Origin: an uncultured Gemmatimonadales bacterium
GTDB lineage: Bacteria > Gemmatimonadota > Gemmatimonadetes > Gemmatimonadales > GWC2-71-9
Direction of reading: 5' to 3'
Length of the DNA: 64,000 nt
Assembly (NCBI GenBank): GCA_963798915.1
Contig: CAWCVB010000001.1
Coordinates: 128,001 to 192,000, forward strand
Program-made: the position numbers and the translations under genes
Shown: piece by piece, positions 30,271-38,094 of the stretch
Position numbering within the stretch: position 1 is the first letter of the stretch
How the letters are laid out: every line of letters starts with the position of its first letter
The notes under the pieces: model-generated
Database searches by the model: none
What the model was told of the DNA's origin: nothing
Seen by the model: the letters and a program-made list of their open reading frames with translations, nothing else

Positions 30271-31449
30271 CTATTTCTTCACCAGCCGATACACCACGAA
30301 CGACGCGAGGCCGTCGCTGTCCGCCTCCCGGACCAGCACACGATCAGTACCCCGCCAGAGCACGTGCGCCGAGGAAGGCCATGGCGCGCGCACCGTCCCC
30401 TGCCAGATGCCTTCAGGCCTGAACACATCGTAGAATGATGCGGACGTGTCGGCGGATGCGGTCCGCACCCAGATACGGCCCGTGGCATCCAGATCCAGCG
30501 CCTGCATCGGCGGGCGCTCGGTGGGCATGTCATAGAGGTGGAAGTTGGCCTGGATCACGTCCGCCGGCAGGAATCGCGAGATCACCTCGGTGAGCTTGCC
30601 GAACCGCGCCGTGCGTTCTGATTCCGGTACCTTGATCGGCGCCCATGACCGGGTGAAAACCCGGGTCGTATCCGTGCCGTTGGTTTGGAGCGCAAGCGCA
30701 TAAATCGCCGACCATCCGCGCAGCAGCGCGCCCGATCCGGTGACTGTCACGAGATCCGCGGGGCCGCCGGGGATGCCGTAGGTCGCCCGACCGTTCGGTC
30801 GCTCCACCACCCACACTGCTGGCGCATGGCTTTGCTGCAACCAGAGGGTGTCAAGCAGAGTGCCCGTCGTGTCGTAGCGGAGCAGGGTCACCGCATGCTG
30901 GGGAGTCTCTGGTGCGGAAATGCGAAGGTAGAGCCGCGACTTGTCGTCCACTGAGATCGCGCCGGGCCCGTAGAAGCTCCCGTCGGTGACAAAACTGCTG
31001 ATGAACGAGCCGGCAGTATCGAAGATGCTGAGCCGCCTGAGCCGCGGGTCCTGCACATAGAGCCGGGCGCCACGGATCGCCAGAAGCGGCGAGCGATATT
31101 CGCCCGGCCCCGCGCCGTCGCGCCCGATGGTGCGTAGGTATGTGCCGGCGGAATCGAACACCTTGATGCGGGTGGGACTGTCATCCACGACGTAGGCGCG
31201 CCCGGCAGCATCCATCACCGCCGAGAAGACGGGATTGACCAATACCGTGGCGCCACTGTCGCCGGTCGGGAGGCGAGTCAGCTCTTCGAAGCGCCAGCCA
31301 CTGGAATCGGTCCAGCCGGAGGGCGTTAGGTTGTGGACGGCGACGATGCCGCCGGGGAGGGTATCAATGAGACTGGTCGCGAGACGCGAGTCGCGGGTGG
31401 TGCAGCCGGCGAGCAACGCCAGCAGGGCCAGCTTCGTCAGGCGCGGCAC
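30271..31449 (-). CDS. 6-bladed beta-propeller lipoprotein #8
   Basis: GTG start with GGGAG RBS; LAGC; IGRDGAGPGEYR; close paralog of #9. Confidence 0.82.
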   Translation of the reverse strand: MPRLTKLALLALLAGCTTRDSRLATSLIDTLPGGIVAVHNLTPSGWTDSSGWRFEELTRLPTGDSGATVLVNPVFSAVMDAAGRAYVVDDSPTRIKVFDSAGTYLRTIGRDGAGPGEYRSPLLAIRGARLYVQDPRLRRLSIFDTAGSFISSFVTDGSFYGPGAISVDDKSRLYLRISAPETPQHAVTLLRYDTTGTLLDTLWLQQSHAPAVWVVERPNGRATYGIPGGPADLVTVTGSGALLRGWSAIYALALQTNGTDTTRVFTRSWAPIKVPESERTARFGKLTEVISRFLPADVIQANFHLYDMPTERPPMQALDLDATGRIWVRTASADTSASFYDVFRPEGIWQGTVRAPWPSSAHVLWRGTDRVLVREADSDGLASFVVYRLVKK

Positions 31450-31518
31450 GTCTGAACTCCCGGGATCATGGAATCGACCGCGGAGACGCAGAGGGCGCGG
31501 AGGCGGCAAGCACGCTCA

Positions 31519-32751
31519 TCAATCCTGCTCGCCCTGCCCGCCTTGCCCGTCCTGCCCGTCCTGTATCACCCATCGCCGTACCTCCGGAAATCCAGTCTCG
31601 TCGGTGGTCGAGAGGTACAGGGTGCCGCCGCTGACAAGCAGCGGATCATATGGCGAGAGCTCGGCCGGCAGGTCCACGGCGCCCAGGTAGCGACCGGCCG
31701 GGCCGAACACGGCGAAGGTCGTATGACCGCCCTGGCTCAGACCCTGGGCCCAGGTGTTCCCGGCATCGTCAGTCATCAGCCGCAAGAAGCTCGGCTCGGT
31801 GGTCGGAACGTCGGCCATGTGAAAGGCATTCCGCAACGTGACCTCGTCGGCCTGGCCACCCTTGATCCGCTCGATCATCTGCTCCACGCGGGCGGTCCGG
31901 ACGCTGTCCGGAAGGGCACCTGGTGTCCAGGTCCGCCGCATGATCAACGTGGTATCATGCCCGGCGCCGGAGCGCATGATGGCGAACTCGGTGCTGGCAC
32001 CGAAGACGAGGCCGCTGTCCGGGCCAAAACCCTCCACCGTCTGTGGCGCGAAGGGGATGCTCACCGCCATGAACCTGCGGCCATTCTTCTCCACCGACCA
32101 GGACTGATCCTCGGTAAGCTGCGGGACCGAAATGGTGTCGAGCAATGTCCCGACCGTGTCGAAGCGGACCTTGTACATGGCCCGCTTGGGCACGCCTTCC
32201 GTCCCCGGACCCCGCACAACGATGAGCGGCAGGACCGCTCTCCAGGCAGCATCCAGTGCTACAGGGCCAAAGTAGTTGCCGACCGAGTGGAAGCTGCGGA
32301 TGAAGGTGCCGCTGGTATCGAATAGCGAGGTCCGCTGTAACTGCGGATCGTGTACCAGCAGCCGGTTGCCGCGGATGGCGATGTAGGCGCTCCGGAACTC
32401 CCCCGGGCCGTCACCTTCATGGCCAATGAGCCGGACGAAGGCGCCGGCGGAATCGAACACCTTGATGTTGACGGGCTTGTCGTCAGCCAGGTAGAGGCGA
32501 TGCTGGGCATCCACCGCGAGACTGCTGGGGTCGATGAGCTCCGCCACGGTGCCCTGCTCCGGCTGAATCGGCGGCAGGTCCGCCAGGCGCCAGCCGCTGG
32601 TGTCGGCCCAGGCTGTCGGACCGCTGCTGGTGACCCGCACGATGCCGCCCGGCAGCGTATCAATGACCGCGGTCGCGAGTCGGGAAGAAGAATCGGCACA
32701 TGCGGCAAGGAGAGCCAAAGCAAGCGGGAGCGTGCAATGTCGGGGACCCAT
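31519..32751 (-). CDS. 6-bladed beta-propeller lipoprotein #9
   Basis: LAAC; IDTLPGGIV; IGHEGDGPGEFR. Confidence 0.82.
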   Translation of the reverse strand: MGPRHCTLPLALALLAACADSSSRLATAVIDTLPGGIVRVTSSGPTAWADTSGWRLADLPPIQPEQGTVAELIDPSSLAVDAQHRLYLADDKPVNIKVFDSAGAFVRLIGHEGDGPGEFRSAYIAIRGNRLLVHDPQLQRTSLFDTSGTFIRSFHSVGNYFGPVALDAAWRAVLPLIVVRGPGTEGVPKRAMYKVRFDTVGTLLDTISVPQLTEDQSWSVEKNGRRFMAVSIPFAPQTVEGFGPDSGLVFGASTEFAIMRSGAGHDTTLIMRRTWTPGALPDSVRTARVEQMIERIKGGQADEVTLRNAFHMADVPTTEPSFLRLMTDDAGNTWAQGLSQGGHTTFAVFGPAGRYLGAVDLPAELSPYDPLLVSGGTLYLSTTDETGFPEVRRWVIQDGQDGQGGQGEQD

Positions 32752-32785
32752 GCCCCAACTTGCAGAGAGGTGGAAGCAGGGGCAA

Positions 32786-32965
32786 GGCAGGATGGGCAGG
32801 ATGGGCAGGATGGGCAGGATGGGCAGGATGGGCAGGATGGGCAGGATGGGCAGGCCGAAGCTCGCCCAATCGTCACCCCGGTGCAAACCGGGGTCCGCGA
32901 GAGGCTCGTGCGGGGCGACTCAGTCGGGGTGAGCCCTCATGGATTTCGCCTTCCGGCGGAATGAC
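32786..32965. repeat. (GGCAGGATG)x7, CCGAAGCTCGCCCA, then a ~94 bp GTCA...TGAC element
   Basis: Element resembles the reverse complement of 40465-40559. Confidence 0.85.
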
Positions 32966-33024
32966 CAGCGAGCATCTCGATCCCCGGGCCGCCGAGTTGA
33001 CCGGACCGACCAGCGACGACCGAT

Positions 33025-34104
33025 CTACGTCTTTCGCCTTCCAACCTCCCTCCACTCACACCCTTCCGCGGAAATCAGGTACCGGTGCACCACCGTCCGC
33101 ACCGGATCACGATCGGCCTCCTGCTCGGTGACCAGCAGGGTATCGCCCTGGAAGCCGGTGAAGGGATGCCCGCCACCGTGCACCGGCACCGCACCATCCA
33201 CGCAGGCATGCTTCCGGTCCGCCGAGAGCAGCGAGAGCCAGGCCACGCTCTGGATGGCGTTGCCGTCCAGCACCTGGTCCATGTGCACCGCGGCGATCTG
33301 GCCGGTGGAGAGGCGATGCAGCTGGAACAGTCCGGACAGCGCCGAGAATCGCTCGGGAAACGGCGTCCCGGGAGCGGCCATCAGGGCGAGACCTCTGTCG
33401 GTGACGCCCTTGCGCCGCGCGACCGGCAGCTCGATCCGTTCGAGCGGTCGGCCGGCGGTGTCGAGCAGCACGATCTCGTTGCTGCCGGAGTAGCCGCCCA
33501 CAATGGTGTCGCCCCATACATCGAGGGCCACGATGGTGAAGATGCCACGGAGCGGCGGGCTCGCCTTGTAGGACGCAGGAAACGGGAAGAGCCTCCGGAA
33601 CGCGGTGTCCCCATCCCACCGGGCGATTCCGGTCTCGCTCCCCTGCTCCACGCCGCCGAACCAGACGGCGTCATTGCGCGCCACCACGTTGCGGAGGATG
33701 CCGGCATAGGGCACCTCGCCAATGCGCGCGCCGCTCGAGTCGAACAGGGTAAGCCGCCGAAGCTGGTCGTCGCCCACGGCAAATCGCCCCTCAGCCAGCG
33801 GCACCGCCTGGGTGGGCCCGCGAAACTCGCCCGGCCCGTCGCCCTTCCGGCCGACCACGTCGAGCCACTGCCCATCGGGAGCGAATCGCACCACCCGCGC
33901 CTGCGCCATGTCGGTTACGAGGTACCGGCCCCCGCCATCTTCCGCCACTCCACCCAGCTGGGCAACATATTCCGCTCCGCTTTCGCTCAGGACCACACTG
34001 TCAACCAGCGAAAGGGCGGGTCCGGTATCCTCGCGCGACCGGGGGGTGTCGCTCCCACACGCTGCAACGCCGAGCCCCAGGCTCACCGCGGCGATGAACC
34101 TCAT
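33025..34104 (-). CDS. 6-bladed beta-propeller lipoprotein #10
   Basis: VAAC; VGRKGDGPGEFR; ATGA-coupled to the upstream peptide gene. Confidence 0.82.
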   Translation of the reverse strand: MRFIAAVSLGLGVAACGSDTPRSREDTGPALSLVDSVVLSESGAEYVAQLGGVAEDGGGRYLVTDMAQARVVRFAPDGQWLDVVGRKGDGPGEFRGPTQAVPLAEGRFAVGDDQLRRLTLFDSSGARIGEVPYAGILRNVVARNDAVWFGGVEQGSETGIARWDGDTAFRRLFPFPASYKASPPLRGIFTIVALDVWGDTIVGGYSGSNEIVLLDTAGRPLERIELPVARRKGVTDRGLALMAAPGTPFPERFSALSGLFQLHRLSTGQIAAVHMDQVLDGNAIQSVAWLSLLSADRKHACVDGAVPVHGGGHPFTGFQGDTLLVTEQEADRDPVRTVVHRYLISAEGCEWREVGRRKT

Positions 34105-34289
34105 CGGGGCATCGGAACGGTCCAGCGCCAACAGGGACAGCGGTAGGTGTCGTTGTTGCAGTCATCCATGCAGTTACCGCTGATATCCCGCCAGTGATAC
34201 TTCCAGGGCACGGCGGTGGTGGCGCGCGCTCCGGACGCAAGCCCCGCAAGCATCAGGACCACGACGGACAGCACCTTGAGATTTGCCAT
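34101..34289 (-). CDS. Secreted cysteine-rich peptide B2 (4 Cys)
   Basis: GAGGAGG RBS; signal peptide; YHWRDISGNCMDDCNNDTYRCPCW; paralog of B1. Confidence 0.8.
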   Translation of the reverse strand: MANLKVLSVVVLMLAGLASGARATTAVPWKYHWRDISGNCMDDCNNDTYRCPCWRWTVPMPR

Positions 34290-34301
34290 GTCCACGCCTC
34301 C

Positions 34302-34514
34302 TCAAACATTGATCCAGAATCCGCCGCCCGATATCGGCCAGCAGGGACACTGGTAGGTGTGACCGCAACTCGACACGCATTTCCCGTCCAGATCCCGCCA
34401 TTGGTAGTAGCCCGCCTCGAACGGAAAGATGTAGATGGGCACGGCGTGGAGCGCCGGCGCGAGCACACTGATGAGCAGGCCCACCAGCAGGAGGCGACGA
34501 CCAAGATTTCGCAT
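34302..34514 (-). CDS. Secreted cysteine-rich peptide B1 (4 Cys)
   Basis: TAATG coupling to the thioredoxin-like gene; signal ending LHA; YQWRDLDGKCVSSCGHTYQCPCW. Confidence 0.8.
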   Translation of the reverse strand: MRNLGRRLLLVGLLISVLAPALHAVPIYIFPFEAGYYQWRDLDGKCVSSCGHTYQCPCWPISGGGFWINV

Positions 34515-34936
34515 TATTTCCTCGCTTGGGGAACGGTGAAGAGCTGCGCGGGACCGGCTTCGCCACTCCAGACCTCGCGGCCGGCGACGAGCAGCACGAC
34601 TCGCATGGTGCGGCCTTCGACCAGCCAGCCCGCCCCGGGCAGCAGGCCATCCACATCGGCACGTCCTGCCCGGAGCTGACGGCGCTCACCCTCGGTTGGC
34701 CTGGCGGTCAGGACCAGGCGAACCTGGCCGGGATGCTGCTTGCGCCAGGCTATCCAGTCGGGCAGGGTGCTGCCACAGGAGAAGCAGCGGGAGGGATTGT
34801 AGAACAGCACCGCAGTGCTTTCCGCGCCAGCCAGCTCGGCCACGCGCCGGCCATCGTCGAGGAGGAGGCGCCCCGCATCAGCGGGACGCCCGCAGGCGGC
34901 AGGGAGAACGGCGAGGAGGAAAAGCAGACGGCGCAT
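34514..34936 (-). CDS. Thioredoxin-like CxxC lipoprotein
   Basis: PAAC lipobox; beta-strand TAVLFY followed by RCFSC, helix, then VRLVL strand. Confidence 0.62.
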   Translation of the reverse strand: MRRLLFLLAVLPAACGRPADAGRLLLDDGRRVAELAGAESTAVLFYNPSRCFSCGSTLPDWIAWRKQHPGQVRLVLTARPTEGERRQLRAGRADVDGLLPGAGWLVEGRTMRVVLLVAGREVWSGEAGPAQLFTVPQARK

Positions 34937-34978
34937 GAGCCACGATAGCCATGCGCCGTCAACCGAATGTCAAAACGA

Positions 34979-36125
34979 TCAGGGTTTGGGGTAGCGCTGC
35001 AGGTACCACAATCCATCGTCATCGGTGCGCGCCGCGTAGATGCCGCGGACACCGACCGCGACCAGGCGGGTCCTGGCCGGGAGCCGGACCTGGCGAAGCA
35101 GGTCGCCGGTCGGGCCGAAGATATCGACCAGTTCGGCCGCGCCCGCTGGCTGGGCACGCTCAACCCAGACCTCGCCTTCCGGCGACGTGATGGCGGTATT
35201 GGGCATGAAGGGCGGCTTGGTCTCGGGCCAGTCCACCTTGGGCGGCTCCGGCGCCACGGGCGGGCGCCCGCCCGATGGACGACTGCCCCCTCCGTCCCTG
35301 GTGTATGCGAAGTGCGCCCCGGTTGTCCTTCTGGCGCTCCTCCAATTCCTTCTTGTCGGCGTCGGTCACGGGCACCGGCGTGTACGAGACCGCAGCACCC
35401 GTCCTCGGTGCGGGCGCGCTCCACTCGGTGTGATACCGGCCGGCGCGCACGAACGCGACCCGGCCGGCATTGGTCACCGCCCAGTCGTCGGACACCGGGA
35501 ATGGCTGCTGCCGCATCATGACCGACCGGTTGCCCGCCGAGCCGGCGGTCGAGACGGCGACGGCAGGGAGCTTTACTTTGCCGATCTCGGTCAGCTGGTC
35601 GGCCTTGCGATCCCAGCGCAGCACCGGCGCGGAATCCGGCAGCGAGCGCGGATCTCCGGGCCCGTCGGCGCCAAAACCCGACCCCTGCACGTAGAGTCGG
35701 CCCATGGCGTCCGCGCCCTTGAAACGTCCGAACCCGGAAAGCCGGTCGGGAAAGGCCACCGTCCCGGTGGGGGTCCCGTCCGGCAAGATCACCAGGAAGC
35801 GGCTCTGGGCCGGGTCCACCACCCAGGTCGTGTCACCAGGCAGGGGCATCAGGCCCATCGGGAAGCCAAATTCCCTGGGCCCCTGTCCTTCCCGCCCGAT
35901 CGCCTTGGCATCGTCGGCCTTGAGGTCAACCAGCGACACGGTCCGCGCAAACACGTCGGCCACCACCAGCCGCCCATCGCTCAGCTCACGGACTGCCGTG
36001 ACCTGGTCGAACGGTTCCGACAACTCGGCATCAGGCCTGGAAAGCTGAACGATGGGAACCTGCTGCGCGCCCGCAGGCAGGACGACGGCAAGGATCAGGC
36101 TGGCCAGCGGGAGGGCACTGCGCAT
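34979..36125 (-). pseudogene. Secreted beta-propeller protein #11 with a +1 frameshift near 35304 (pseudogene or sequencing error)
   Basis: IGREGQGPREF in the N-terminal frame; C-terminal blade (SPEGEVWV...DDDGLWYLQRY) in another frame; removing one base joins them. Confidence 0.7.
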
Positions 36126-36257
36126 CGGCTCGGCTCGCGAAGGAGGTCGGTCAGATGATGCGCGAAGCGGGTCGAGGGTTGCGCGTTGGGAAAAAGGGGC
36201 TCGGGCTTGGGGGTTCGGGCGCACAGCGCACAGCGCACAGCGCACAGCGCACGGCGC

Positions 36258-36446
36258 CTAACGCTTGACGGCAGGCCGGCGAACCTGGCTCTCGAGTCCG
36301 ACCTCGGGCCGGATCACCAGAAAGACGGTCTTCTCGCCCACACCCACCACCGGCTTGCGCTCGGGCAGTGGAACTTCTCCGATGGGCCGGCCGCGGTCGA
36401 GGATCACGTAATGTCCTGGAGTCTTTTCAATCATTGGCGGTGTCAT
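36258..36446 (-). CDS. Small protein resembling a propeller C-terminal blade
   Basis: YVILDRGRPIGEVPLPERKPVVGVGEKTVFLV resembles the end of #11 (VDIFGPTGDLLRQVRLPARTRLVAVG). Confidence 0.45.
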   Translation of the reverse strand: MTPPMIEKTPGHYVILDRGRPIGEVPLPERKPVVGVGEKTVFLVIRPEVGLESQVRRPAVKR

Positions 36447-36596
36447 CTCATCCTGCACGGTGTTTGTGTACCTATGAGATGATACGAATGAGCGAATGGT
36501 TGCGTTGTGACAGGACGGGCAGGGCGCGCAGGACGGGCGAGGCGGGCAGGATGGGCAGGATGGGCAGGATGGGCAGAGCGAAGTTCGCCACGCGCT

Positions 36597-36681
36597 GTCA
36601 TTGCGCCGACGAAGCAATCGAGTCGCTTGGATCCAGAAGTTGACCACCCGATTGCTTCGGCCCTTCGGGCCTCGCAATGAC
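36597..36681. repeat. REP-like element GTCATTGCG...GAAGCAATC...GATTGCTTCG...CTCGCAATGAC
   Basis: Inverted repeat; full copy at 43838-43938, partial copies in the Uma2 spacers. Confidence 0.8.
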
Positions 36682-36813
36682 GTACTTGCCATCACCCGCC
36701 CATCCTGCCCATCTCGCCTTTCCCGCCCCGCCCGCCCTGACGAAACCCTTTCCCCCACCCCGGTGTCATATGATCGTGAACGGCGCGCCCGACCTCTTGC
36801 TCCAGGGAGACCG

Positions 36814-37347
36814 GTGGACGAAGCCCAGTTAATCGATCGAGTCCTCGCGAAAGACCCGGTGGCGGAGCGCGCGCTCTATGACGCGCATGTGGACCGCATC
36901 TACCGGCTGGTCTACCGCATGGTGGGCGATGGCGACACCGCGGCCGACTGCGTCCAGGAGACCTTCATCAAGGCCTTCGACCGCCTGGCGGATTTCCGGC
37001 GGGAATCGGCGCTCGGGTCCTGGATCGGCGCGATCGCGGTCTCGGTCGCCCTCAATGCGCTCCGGACCCGGAAGCGGATGGCCGGCCGCCAGGTGCCGAT
37101 CGAGTTCGCGGAGGAGGCGGGCGCCACGTCCCGGCGCGGCGAACCCGACCTCCGATCCGGGATTCACCGGGCCATCAACGCCCTGCCGGACGGCTATCGC
37201 ACCGTCTTCGTGATGCACGATATCGAGGGTTACACCCATGAGGAAATCGGTCAGACCCTCTCGATCAATAGCGGCACATCCAAGGCGCAGCTCTTCCGGG
37301 CTCGCGCCAAACTGCGGAAAGCCCTCGCGGCCCACGCACCGGAGTGA
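36814..37347 (+). CDS. ECF sigma-70 factor
   Basis: DCVQETFIKAF, FRRESALGSW, region 4 LPDGYRTVFVMHDIEGYTHEEIG...GTSKAQLFRAR. Confidence 0.92.
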   Translation: MDEAQLIDRVLAKDPVAERALYDAHVDRIYRLVYRMVGDGDTAADCVQETFIKAFDRLADFRRESALGSWIGAIAVSVALNALRTRKRMAGRQVPIEFAEEAGATSRRGEPDLRSGIHRAINALPDGYRTVFVMHDIEGYTHEEIGQTLSINSGTSKAQLFRARAKLRKALAAHAPE

Positions 37348-37350
37348 TGT

Positions 37351-38094
37351 ATGAGCGATGAATTCCGCAAAGATGAGGAGAAAGAGTCGTCGGTCGTCGG
37401 TCGCCGGTCGTCGAATGACCGAAGACAGACGACTGACGACCTGCTCCATGAGCCCCTCGACGAGACGCTCATGGCCCACGCCCGCGACTACAACAGGCCA
37501 GGCGAAGTGCCGCGTGAGGCCATGTGGGACAGGATACGGGATGGGCGAGATGGGCGGGATGGGCGGGATGGACGGGTGCTGCCGTTCCGACGCGTAGTGC
37601 GGATTGCCCTGCCGATCGCAGCGGTGCTGGCGGTGGGGATCCTGATCGGGCGGATGAGCCAGATGAAAGTCGTCGGTCATCAGTCGTCAGTCATCGCCGA
37701 AGACACGCATCCGTCGACCGAAGACGGACGACCCTCGACGGTCTTCGCGGTCGCCGCTGAACGGCACCTGGCCCAGGCCGAGTCGTTCCTGACGCTGTTC
37801 CGCGCGTCGGCGCGCGAGGGCCGGGACCAATCGCTGGCGCCCGCCACCGCACGCGAGCTGCTGGTGAACAACCGGCTGCTCATGGATTCGCCGGCTGCAA
37901 CCGACCCCAAGGTTGGCCGCCTGCTGGACGACATCGAGCTGGTATTGGCGCAGATCGCCCAGTTGCCGGCCGAAGGCCGGCGGGCCGACGCCCAGATCAT
38001 CACCGACGGTCTCGATGCCGGCGGCATTCTTACCCGGATCCGGTCCGAAGTCCGGCCCGGTCCAGCCGCGGCGCTGCCGCAAGGAGCACTCTGA
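37351..38094 (+). CDS. Putative single-TM anti-sigma factor
   Basis: Follows the ECF gene; PREAMWDRI, one TM helix, LLDDIELVLAQIAQL. Confidence 0.7.
   Translation: MSDEFRKDEEKESSVVGRRSSNDRRQTTDDLLHEPLDETLMAHARDYNRPGEVPREAMWDRIRDGRDGRDGRDGRVLPFRRVVRIALPIAAVLAVGILIGRMSQMKVVGHQSSVIAEDTHPSTEDGRPSTVFAVAAERHLAQAESFLTLFRASAREGRDQSLAPATARELLVNNRLLMDSPAATDPKVGRLLDDIELVLAQIAQLPAEGRRADAQIITDGLDAGGILTRIRSEVRPGPAAALPQGAL

Noticed and set aside
27660..32751. Propeller array as an integron cassette array
   Set aside because: No integrase and no clear RYYYAAC/GTTRRRY attC boundaries were seen
19981..34514. Cys-rich peptides as ranthipeptide, sactipeptide or lanthipeptide precursors
   Set aside because: They carry Sec-type hydrophobic signals rather than RiPP leaders, and no modifying enzyme is present in the window
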